A DNA stretch of 64,000 bases from Candidatus Babeliales bacterium. GTDB taxonomy: Bacteria > Babelota > Babeliae > Babelales > JACPOV01. Shown here one piece after another: positions 1-7,372 of this stretch. The position numbers were made by a program, and so were the translations under genes. The notes below the pieces were generated by a model. That model searched no databases and was not told the origin of the DNA. It saw only the letters and a program-made list of their open reading frames with translations. Numbering within the stretch: the first letter of the stretch is position 1; each line of letters opens with the position of its first letter. The DNA lies in the NCBI GenBank assembly GCA_050250855.1, contig JBFWNW010000002.1, positions 197,925 to 261,924 on the forward strand. The letters run 5' to 3'.

Positions 1-300
1 TTTGAAAATACTGCCGGTTTTGGTATGGATTTTGATATTCCTTTTGGTACCGATGCTTTTCGCTGGGTAACGTCATTTGAAGCATTTGATTTTAGAGGTC
101 GGCAGCGCATTGATGATAAACGCCCTCATTTTAAATGGGTCAATCGCTTATTTTTGTTCCGTAATCTTTACTTAGTGGCCGGTGCAGATGATTTTATGAG
201 CAAGCATAATGCAAACGGCTTTTTTGGAGGAGGATTACGTTTGTGTGATGATGATTTTAAATACTTCTTTTCATTTATTGGCCTTGGCGGACTTACCTAA
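1..300 (+). CDS. C-terminal fragment of a hypothetical protein (5' end upstream of window)
   Basis: Frame 1 is open from base 1 to the stop at 298-300; track ORF 25..300 is only its Met-initiated tail. Gly/Asp/Phe-rich tail (AGADDFMSKHNANGFFGGGLRLCDDDFKYF) that I cannot assign to a family. Confidence 0.5.
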   Translation, partial: FENTAGFGMDFDIPFGTDAFRWVTSFEAFDFRGRQRIDDKRPHFKWVNRLFLFRNLYLVAGADDFMSKHNANGFFGGGLRLCDDDFKYFFSFIGLGGLT

Positions 301-353
301 ATTCTTGCGTAGGTAATTACTCATACAGTATCTTTTATAAAAAAGGGGATACT

Positions 354-2081
354 ATGAAAAAATTATTATTTTTTCTATTTTTATTTCTATCTATTCAAGC
401 GCCTTTGCAGAGCTCTGAAAAAAAAGAACCATGCAAGCAAGACCCTTATAATTTTAATACATTTTACCTTAAAATTTTTTTAGATACGAAACAGGCCCAT
501 CCTCAAGAAAATTCTGAATATATAAAAAAAGAAGTTTTAGACTGTTTTTATAATCTTTTGGGAGATCAATTAGCTCTTTTATCCGCGGTTAATCTTTATA
601 AGTCTTATTATGAAGCTCTGCTTAAAGCGAAGGAGGATTATAAGCAAAGTTTGGAGGCAGTTGGTGTTAAACCTACTACCCACGGTCTTTATGAAATGAA
701 ATTTTCTCCTTCCTTTGAAGAGCTAAGCTTTATAATGACTAACAGATTATTATTTAAAACACAGATACTCTCTACCAGAGAAAAAATACATATACAAGCC
801 TTGGCTATAGAAAAAGGAAAAGATCCTGTACTCAAGCCTTTGATTACTATTTTAATGAAGAAAAGTGAGTATGATGAAAAGCATAATGATATTCTGGCAT
901 TAGTAGCAACAATTTTAAAAAATGCCGAAAAAATAGAAAATCCTCGCTGCTGGACTTTTATAGAAAAATATACGGGACAAAATCCCTTTAACTATGCAAA
1001 TTCCATACTAGAGATATACAAAGAATGGATTGCTTCATATGCAAAAGATGCTTTATCTAAAAAAGAGTTTGGTGATATAAGCCCTGAGTTATTAAAAACA
1101 TATCTTCAAGCATCATCTATGCACTTGGTTAACATAGAAATTTCTTTTAAGTTTAACGTTCTTATCAATGAAGATTTTTCTAAAGCAGATTATGCTTTTC
1201 TAGAAGATTTTATGTCTGTAATACAAGAATATCAAAAAGATGAAAAAAACATTGCTTGTTTTTCAGACTATCTTAAGAATTTTTTGATAAACAAAGGCTA
1301 TATAAAAAAAGAAGAAGGATGGTCTTTACCATCGCTAAAAGACTCACAAGAAATATTTTTAAAGCAACAGGAATTAAAAAAAGAAGTTGTTATAAAACAG
1401 CTAGAGGAGCATGAAAAGGAAAAAAGATTAGAGCAAAAAGAACAAGAAAAAAAAGGGAAAAAGAAGCAGTCGGCAGTAACTGCAGCACCAGCATTTCTCG
1501 ATGCTTCATGGATTAATAAAAATTATAAAGTTTCAGATAAAAGCATCGTTAGATCAATAAAGGGAGATCAGGTTATTATCGATGACCAAAAAAATAATAT
1601 GCTTATTACGTTGATAATCCCCGATAAAGAGATTTTACGTCCAACAACTATTCCTGCCATAAAATTTGATGAACGAGTAGAGCGCTGGTTTAAAAATCCT
1701 GAAAAAACGTTACATGAAATAGGTTCACTAACACCAGACGAAGAATTAGGAAAGCTGCAGGCTGAAAAGCTTCATCAAAAAAAGCTTGAAATAAAGCGGC
1801 ATAATTTTGCACAGATGGTGGATCCATTTATTATGCTCTTTGGTGCCGATAGTATTCATATTGATAAAAAACAAAATAAAATTCCTAATAAAACGTTGGT
1901 AGGGCAGTTGGAAGATAAAAATACGCATGAAAAATTTGTTGGTGTTTTTGGCTATGCACAAAACCCTAAAACAGGCACCTGGTACCATAGATTTTTTAGC
2001 ACCAAAAAACCACAAGAAATTGCGCAAACCTATTTTAAAGGTGCTACGTTTGATCTAGAGTACCCTCCTCTTGGAGAGTGA
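354..2081 (+). CDS. Secreted hypothetical protein, twin paralogue A (575 aa)
   Basis: Signal peptide MKKLLFFLFLFLSIQAPLQS, purine-rich RBS (AAAAGGGGATACT) before the ATG, K/E-rich linker. The C-terminal ~195 aa are nearly identical to the next gene. Confidence 0.85.
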   Translation: MKKLLFFLFLFLSIQAPLQSSEKKEPCKQDPYNFNTFYLKIFLDTKQAHPQENSEYIKKEVLDCFYNLLGDQLALLSAVNLYKSYYEALLKAKEDYKQSLEAVGVKPTTHGLYEMKFSPSFEELSFIMTNRLLFKTQILSTREKIHIQALAIEKGKDPVLKPLITILMKKSEYDEKHNDILALVATILKNAEKIENPRCWTFIEKYTGQNPFNYANSILEIYKEWIASYAKDALSKKEFGDISPELLKTYLQASSMHLVNIEISFKFNVLINEDFSKADYAFLEDFMSVIQEYQKDEKNIACFSDYLKNFLINKGYIKKEEGWSLPSLKDSQEIFLKQQELKKEVVIKQLEEHEKEKRLEQKEQEKKGKKKQSAVTAAPAFLDASWINKNYKVSDKSIVRSIKGDQVIIDDQKNNMLITLIIPDKEILRPTTIPAIKFDERVERWFKNPEKTLHEIGSLTPDEELGKLQAEKLHQKKLEIKRHNFAQMVDPFIMLFGADSIHIDKKQNKIPNKTLVGQLEDKNTHEKFVGVFGYAQNPKTGTWYHRFFSTKKPQEIAQTYFKGATFDLEYPPLGE

Positions 2082-2095
2082 TGCAGCGTAATTGC
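1490..2095. repeat. Near-identical ~600 bp block, copy 1 (3' part of twin gene A plus ~14 nt past the stop)
   Basis: Aligns without indels to 3285-3890 at a constant offset of 1795 nt. I count roughly a dozen mismatches by eye across 1531-2081. Confidence 0.9.
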
Positions 2096-2148
2096 TTTGG
2101 TATTTAAATCAATATTTTAATATAAAAAAGAGTAAAAAAGAGGATACT

Positions 2149-3876
2149 ATGAAAAAATTATTATTCTTTCTATTTTTATTTCTATCTCAAGCGCCTTTGC
2201 GGAGCTCAGAAAAAAAAGAATCATGCAGCCAAGATTCTTATAATTTTAATAAATTTTATCTAGATATTTTTATGAAAGCAAAAGAGAATTTCCCTCAACA
2301 AAAACCTGAAAACGTTTTATTTTCTTTTGTTGAGCTTTTGGCAGATCAACTTTATCTTTTATCTGCTTTTGATTATTATACAGATTGGCATTCTAAGATG
2401 GCCGTCGCTCATCTTGATTATTTGTATAGTTTGGGCCTCGTGGGAGCTGTAGTAGTCGATGATTATTATTTTTTTGACAAAGCAGTAGTAACTTCTCTTG
2501 AAGAATTAAATTTTATTTTGCATAACAAGTCATTATTTCTAAAAAATAATTTTACTGAAAATGATAAAGCGGAGATTATTGCTTTAGATATAAATGAAAA
2601 AAATAAATCCCTCAGGCCTTGGATTAATATTCTTCTCAAAAAAAATGAATACCAGGAGCAGTATACGAGAGTTATAGCTACTATTTCACTTATTTTAATA
2701 AGGCTCATGGAGGTTGAGAGGAACCCTTATTGGGCATTTATACGTGATGAAACACAAAGCAGTCCCTTTATTTTTTTAAAGCAGATGCTACATACTTTGA
2801 AACAATGGGCTACTGCATATGCTGAGTTTATAGTGGATACTTCTGAAAAAGAACCTGAGAGGTTTACTAAAGAAGAGATTGAAAGAGGACGTATTTGCAA
2901 AGAAGTTTCTTCCGGAATATTGCAACCGGCTCAGCAAGCTTTAATGGTTGAAATGATGTCTAGAAACAAATTTACAGAATCTGAGATTCCTTATTTTAAT
3001 GAATTTTCTTCCATAGTTAATAAATATAAAATGCGTGAAAGTTGTGTTACTAATTTTGCAGAATCTCTTAGTAAGACATTGTTTAGTAAGAAGCTTGTAA
3101 AAAAAGGATTTTTTTTAAAAAATTTTGAACAAACAAAACAAGAATTGCTAAAGAATCTTATAGCAACAAAAGAAGAGCTTGAAAGGCGAGAAGTAGTATC
3201 TGAAAAAAAGGTCTTGCAAGCGCAAAAAAAACAAGAAAAACAAGAGAAAAAGAAGAAGTCAAAAGGCAAGCAGCCAATAGTACCAGCAGCCCTCGATGTT
3301 GCATGGATTAATAAGAGCTATAACGTTTCAGATAAAAGCATCGTTAGCTCAATAAAGGATGATCAGGTTATTATCGATGACCAAAAAAATAATATGCTTA
3401 TTACGTTGATAATCCCCGATAAAGAGATTTTACGTCCAACAACTATTCCTGCCATAAAATTTGATGAACGAGTAGAGCGTTGGTTTAAAAATCCTGAAAA
3501 AACGTTACATGAAATAGGTTCACTAACACCAGACGAAGAATTAGGAAAGCTGCAGGCTGAAAAGCTTCATCAAAAAAAGCTTGAAATAAAGCGGCATAAT
3601 TTTGCACAGATGGTGGATCCGTTTATTATGCTCTTTGGTGCCGATAGTATTCATATTGATAAGAAACAAAATAAAATTCCTAATAAAACGTTGGTAGGGC
3701 AGTTGGAAGATAAAAATACGCATGAAAAGCTTATTGGTGTTTTTGGCTATGCACAAAACCCTAAAACAGGCACTTGGTACCATAGATTTTTTAGTACCAA
3801 AAAACCACAAGAAATTGCGCAAACCTATTTTAAAGGTGCTACGTTTGATCTAGAGTATCCTCCTCTTGGAGAGTGA
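2149..3876 (+). CDS. Secreted hypothetical protein, twin paralogue B (575 aa)
   Basis: Start moved from the track's TTG (2092) to the ATG at 2149, which reproduces the same RBS and MKKLLFFLFLFLS signal peptide as gene A. The N-terminal ~380 aa are homologous to A but strongly diverged; the C-terminal ~195 aa are nearly identical. Confidence 0.85.
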   Translation: MKKLLFFLFLFLSQAPLRSSEKKESCSQDSYNFNKFYLDIFMKAKENFPQQKPENVLFSFVELLADQLYLLSAFDYYTDWHSKMAVAHLDYLYSLGLVGAVVVDDYYFFDKAVVTSLEELNFILHNKSLFLKNNFTENDKAEIIALDINEKNKSLRPWINILLKKNEYQEQYTRVIATISLILIRLMEVERNPYWAFIRDETQSSPFIFLKQMLHTLKQWATAYAEFIVDTSEKEPERFTKEEIERGRICKEVSSGILQPAQQALMVEMMSRNKFTESEIPYFNEFSSIVNKYKMRESCVTNFAESLSKTLFSKKLVKKGFFLKNFEQTKQELLKNLIATKEELERREVVSEKKVLQAQKKQEKQEKKKKSKGKQPIVPAALDVAWINKSYNVSDKSIVSSIKDDQVIIDDQKNNMLITLIIPDKEILRPTTIPAIKFDERVERWFKNPEKTLHEIGSLTPDEELGKLQAEKLHQKKLEIKRHNFAQMVDPFIMLFGADSIHIDKKQNKIPNKTLVGQLEDKNTHEKLIGVFGYAQNPKTGTWYHRFFSTKKPQEIAQTYFKGATFDLEYPPLGE

Positions 3877-3890
3877 TGCGGCGCAATTGT
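3285..3890. repeat. Near-identical ~600 bp block, copy 2
   Basis: See 1490-2095. Similarity continues a few nt beyond the stop (TGATGCGGCGCAATTG vs TGATGCAGCGTAATTG). Confidence 0.9.
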
Positions 3891-4264
3891 TCAGGGCATG
3901 TTAGGCGTATAAGAATATCAGCGGCATAGCGGGCAACTGCTATTTTGCAAAGTGCAACTGCAATGGTATAAAAACAACCTGAATAAGCAGATGTAGTTTG
4001 CCACCATGCATATGGCTTTTGCCATAGATAAGGAGCTTCAATCGAACGCAGCTGCTCTTGTAATACTGTATAGCTTATAATTACGGTGTAGCCGCAATAA
4101 AGCATGGCAGCTTTATGCAGCGTATGTGCCATAAAACAAAGAGGCAATAAGGAATGCCATGGTTTTTCTTGGTGGTATGCAATATAATCTTTTTGAAAAT
4201 ATTCTGATTGTATATTTGAATGTATTGTAAATAAAAGTATTATATATAAAGAGATTTTGTACAT
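3839..4264 (-). CDS. Hypothetical small exported/membrane protein
   Basis: Start taken at the internal Met (MYKISLYIILLFTIHSNIQS, signal-like). Trp/Tyr-rich with no recognisable domain. The 3' end overlaps twin gene B by 38 nt, and the start is only ~19 nt from the divergent gene at 4284, so the call is uncertain. Confidence 0.35.
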   Translation of the reverse strand: MYKISLYIILLFTIHSNIQSEYFQKDYIAYHQEKPWHSLLPLCFMAHTLHKAAMLYCGYTVIISYTVLQEQLRSIEAPYLWQKPYAWWQTTSAYSGCFYTIAVALCKIAVARYAADILIRLTCPEQLRRITLQEEDTLDQT

Positions 4265-4283
4265 ATTATTAGTATGCGGTGTT

Positions 4284-5456
4284 ATGAAAAAAAATATATT
4301 CATAGTTTTTATACTAACTCATTTTTTACAAGGTATGGAGAGATTATTTATTCCGTACCTGGCAAATCTTGCACAATCTGCGCAACAAAGGCCGGAAAAC
4401 GATCTTTTAAAGCAGTCATTTAATAACCTTATGTGTGACCATCATGAAACTATAGCACAGGAATTTAAGCTTACTTCTGTGTTTCAAGCAGCATATAGTG
4501 GCAATACAAAAGAAGTTAAAGAATGGATTTCTTTAATACCGGTATTAGAAAATGCTAAAAATGATCTTGGCAAAACAGCGTATGATATTATTAACCAAAA
4601 AAAACAGCAAGTACAGGATTGGAAAAAACATGCAAATTTTGCAAAGCAAAAAAAAAGAACATCGATTTTTCAAGCAGCACAAAATGGCTCATTGCCAGAA
4701 GTGCAACAATGGGTAAAAGAACATTCTGCTTTAATATGGGCACGAGACGCAGAGGGTAAAACCGTGCTTGATAGAGCATGTTTTTCTCAGCAGCCAGCTT
4801 CAATGTATGTTTTTAATAGCGGTAGCCATGCAAAGCTTATAGAATTTATACAAGAAGAACGTATAAAAAATTACCAATTAGATCCCTCAGTAGATGTTAT
4901 TGCCAATCATGAACGCATAGCGGAAGAAATTGCGTGTCCATCTCTTTTTCAAGCAGTTACTTATGGGCAGCTCTCTTTATTAAAAGCGTGGATAGAAAGG
5001 CATCCATCGTTAGTTTGGTCAAAAAGTATCTATGGCAATGAAACGGCACTTGATAGAGCGTGTTATATCCAGCAATATGGATATTACTCTCCTATCAATG
5101 AAGATATTGTTACACTTTTACAAGAAAAACGTATAGAAAACTATAATTCTAAAAAAAACATAGATCCTATTGCTCAGCATGAAGAAATTGCTCGTGTTAT
5201 TTCATGTCCATCTTTATTTCAAGCGGTATGGGATGGTAATTTGCCATTAGTTAAAGCATGGATAAAAAAGCATCCACAATTACGCTATGCTACTTGTAAA
5301 TCTAAAGATACGGCATTGACTATAGCTTTTTGTTTAGATGAAAATGCAAAGATGGAAAAAAAAGACGAAGATAAATGGGCTCCTATTCTTAACTATTTGA
5401 ACCAAGAGAAAAATGAGTTCCTAAAACAGGATGAGAAATCTTCCTTGATCGAGTAA
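4284..5456 (+). CDS. Exported protein with four dispersed ankyrin-like modules
   Basis: Start at the ATG giving MKKNIFIVFILTHFLQG. Four copies of a module of the form S[IL]FQA..G....[VL][KQ].W[IV]..HP.L.....G.TALDRAC, separated by conserved linkers (QEERIKNY / QEKRIENY ... IA.HE.IA). Confidence 0.75.
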   Translation: MKKNIFIVFILTHFLQGMERLFIPYLANLAQSAQQRPENDLLKQSFNNLMCDHHETIAQEFKLTSVFQAAYSGNTKEVKEWISLIPVLENAKNDLGKTAYDIINQKKQQVQDWKKHANFAKQKKRTSIFQAAQNGSLPEVQQWVKEHSALIWARDAEGKTVLDRACFSQQPASMYVFNSGSHAKLIEFIQEERIKNYQLDPSVDVIANHERIAEEIACPSLFQAVTYGQLSLLKAWIERHPSLVWSKSIYGNETALDRACYIQQYGYYSPINEDIVTLLQEKRIENYNSKKNIDPIAQHEEIARVISCPSLFQAVWDGNLPLVKAWIKKHPQLRYATCKSKDTALTIAFCLDENAKMEKKDEDKWAPILNYLNQEKNEFLKQDEKSSLIE

Positions 5457-6219
5457 TCGGTGTATTGAGTGCCAATTTATAATCAGTTACCCAACGGATA
5501 AAGACTGCTTTTAAATAGTTAAGGCGTTTTGCTTTTTCTTGTGCACAAGCAACCAGTTTTATTTGTTTGGGAAATAACCAGGTTATATGGAGCGTACTCA
5601 GCCAATCGTGCATACGGATAAAACTTGTCAGTTGTTTATGCTCTTTATCAACATCCTGTAAAAACATCATTAAAGGTGATAATAAATCATGCAAGGTATC
5701 TGCTGTTTGATATTGTTGCTGCGCTGCTACAATGAGCTCTTTACCTAATTCTTGTTCGGGCATAATACTTAATACATCAAAAGGAATACTTTGCTTCCAG
5801 CATGACCACGTATCATCTCTTAAAATTAAATGTGCATGATACAATAATTTCAGCCACACTGCGCCGTATACAAGGCCGCATGCTTTAAGCCCAAGAGAAT
5901 ATTTATTAGAAATCACATATTCTTTACAAAAATCAGTTATATCAAAAAACTGTTTGCGAGCTTCTTGTGCAAACGGCTGTACGCTTTGCAACGAAAAATT
6001 TTGCAACCATTGATGTGCATATGCTTTATTTTCATTGTGCTGATCAATGTGATGTTCATTATTAACGTTAACGTTAACATCAAGATGTTTTAAGGTAATT
6101 TGATGTCCTTCAGCGGCAGCAAGCGTTATTTTTTGTTCTTTTTTTTCTACCGTTGGTTGCGTTGTTACTTCTGCTTGTGCTGATACATAAAGAAGGAATA
6201 TAAGGTAATGATGCTTCAT
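5389..6219 (-). CDS. Hypothetical exported protein
   Basis: Signal peptide MKHHYLIFLLYVSAQAEV and one internal hydrophobic segment; no recognisable domain. Its 3' end overlaps the convergent gene by ~68 nt. Confidence 0.55.
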   Translation of the reverse strand: MKHHYLIFLLYVSAQAEVTTQPTVEKKEQKITLAAAEGHQITLKHLDVNVNVNNEHHIDQHNENKAYAHQWLQNFSLQSVQPFAQEARKQFFDITDFCKEYVISNKYSLGLKACGLVYGAVWLKLLYHAHLILRDDTWSCWKQSIPFDVLSIMPEQELGKELIVAAQQQYQTADTLHDLLSPLMMFLQDVDKEHKQLTSFIRMHDWLSTLHITWLFPKQIKLVACAQEKAKRLNYLKAVFIRWVTDYKLALNTPITRSRKISHPVLGTHFSLGSNS

Positions 6220-6307
6220 TAAAAAAAACTATTTTTAGATTAATGATATTTTTTTATTAAGTTTAATGGAATAGTTGGTTAAGTAAAATAAATATTTTTT
6301 ATAGTAT

Positions 6308-6756
6308 TATTTTGTTTATTATATTTTTAACAATTCATTATCTCACAGTCCCTCTCCGGGACGGGACCAGCCCCTTTTGCTTGTACAAAAGGGCTGGACA
6401 AAAATACACCAACATGCTGTTGGATTGCACTCTCGCTCAGACATCAACCACTCACTCTTCGGGTTTTCAACCCTCGATTTCAGGTCGATGATTCGCTACC
6501 GGCGTGAATGTATAAAAAATAGTTTAATGCACCGGTACGCTCATCTGTTTGAGAGCTTCTCAGTTTTCTTGCCCGGCGTAGCTTGATGCGAAGCCTGGGT
6601 AAAAAACTGGAAGCCGAGTTATGACCCTTCGATACAATTTCGATTTCATCGAAATCACTCAGGATGAGCGAAAGCCCTTGCGTGCCCGTCTGGGTGTTAA
6701 GGGTATTGGGCACGCAATACCTTTGTGCCCTGCACCCGGCATGAGGGTGCCATAAG
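6308..6756. repeat. Mosaic GC-rich intergenic element (M-type), copy 1
   Basis: Shares an AT-rich lead-in and module A (CTCACAGTCCCTCTCCGGGACGGGACCAGCCCCTTTT) with 21165-21241. Its right end (GTGTTAAGGGTATTGGGCACGCAATACC...GGCATGAGGGTGCCATAAG) is the reverse complement of 29990-30060. Contains the hairpin CCAGCCCCTTTTG-N-CAAAAGGGCTGG. Confidence 0.9.
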
Positions 6757-6778
6757 ATAATATAGAGAAAAGTAGTTT

Positions 6779-7240
6779 TTATTTAAGAGAAGTATTTAAT
6801 TTCTTTAATAAAAATAGTTCCTTCTTATGCATCACCTTATAATCTTCATCTTTAATATGGTCATAACCAAGTAAATGACAAATGCCATGTACCAAAAGAA
6901 CTTGCATGCGCTTGTAAAAAGGCACACCAAGTTCTTTTGCAGCTTTTTGTACATATTCTAAAGAGATGATAAGATCACCTAAATTTTTTTCATCAGCTGC
7001 GCTTGCATGGATGCGTTCACCAGCTTTAAGCTCAGGATAAAAAGGAAATGACAAAATATCGGTTGGTTTATCTTTGTGCCGATATTCTTTATTGTAATGG
7101 TGAATAGTTTTATTCGTTGTCAGCCAAATACCAAGATCAAAATCACTATAATCAAGTGCATGCAAAATGGTTTGTGCATCATCTTTAAGTTTTTTAAGAT
7201 CAAGGGATATGGAGCGTTGTGTATTTTTTATGGTGATCAT
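6779..7240 (-). CDS. ybeY: Endoribonuclease YbeY (rRNA maturation)
   Basis: HGICHLLGYDH zinc-binding motif; size (153 aa) and overall pattern are typical of YbeY. Confidence 0.9.
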   Translation of the reverse strand: MITIKNTQRSISLDLKKLKDDAQTILHALDYSDFDLGIWLTTNKTIHHYNKEYRHKDKPTDILSFPFYPELKAGERIHASAADEKNLGDLIISLEYVQKAAKELGVPFYKRMQVLLVHGICHLLGYDHIKDEDYKVMHKKELFLLKKLNTSLK

Positions 7241-7266
7241 ATTAAACGAGTTTAAAAGAATTTTTA

Positions 7267-7352
7267 GTTCGCACCCTTCGACAAGCTCAGGGCGAACGAA
7301 GATAAAAGTTTTGATATAACCGTTCGTGCTGAGCTTGTCGAAGCATACGAAC
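7267..7352. repeat. Palindromic GC-rich intergenic element (P-type)
   Basis: Left arm GTTCGCACCCTTCGACAAGCTCAGGGCGAACG (7267-7298). The right arm (7321-7352) reverse-complements to GTTCGTATGCTTCGACAAGCTCAGCACGAACG. The arm recurs at five other loci. Confidence 0.9.
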
Positions 7353-7372
7353 AGGTATATTACCTTATAAAT

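Noticed and set aside
2092-2148. Upstream alternative starts proposed by the ORF track (2092 TTG, 4257, 20301, 22528, 27389 TTG, 34316, 38243, 47805 TTG, 53573 GTG, 62605 GTG)
   Set aside because: In each case a downstream ATG has a better RBS and/or restores a canonical N-terminus (signal peptide or conserved family start). The upstream extension would overlap neighbouring genes or intergenic signals.
1746-3822. 93-aa antisense ORFs 1746..2027 and 3541..3822 (identical to each other), plus other antisense ORFs inside the twin genes (2466..2708, 2991..3269)
   Set aside because: They lie fully inside well-supported plus-strand genes. Their duplication simply mirrors the duplicated 3' block, and their low-complexity K/F/L-rich sequence is typical of shadow ORFs in AT-rich DNA.
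1490-3890. Diversity-generating retroelement (template/variable repeat) explanation for the near-identical 600 bp blocks
   Set aside because: The ~12 mismatches involve all base types rather than being adenine-specific. Both copies are in-frame gene 3' ends, and no reverse transcriptase is nearby.
6377-6713. Track ORFs crossing repeat elements: 6377..6586, 6480..6713, 10445..10870, 21208..21501, 21574..21864, 29914..30099, 30002..30190, 39325..39519, 50561..50833 and 51107..51307
   Set aside because: They coincide with multi-copy GC-rich repeats and lack RBSs. They change frame between copies and yield the repeat-derived peptides (PFVLSLSKD, RPELVEG, LRQAQDRQGER). They are best explained as translation artefacts of non-coding repeats.
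6308-6756. Single-copy structured RNA gene (RNase P RNA, tmRNA, SRP RNA, 6S) hidden in the GC-rich intergenic block
   Set aside because: None of the conserved motifs I know for these RNAs is present: no GGAAAGTCCGG-type P4 strand, no tRNA-like tmRNA ends with a tag ORF, and no SRP domain IV motif. The sequence is also multi-copy within the window.
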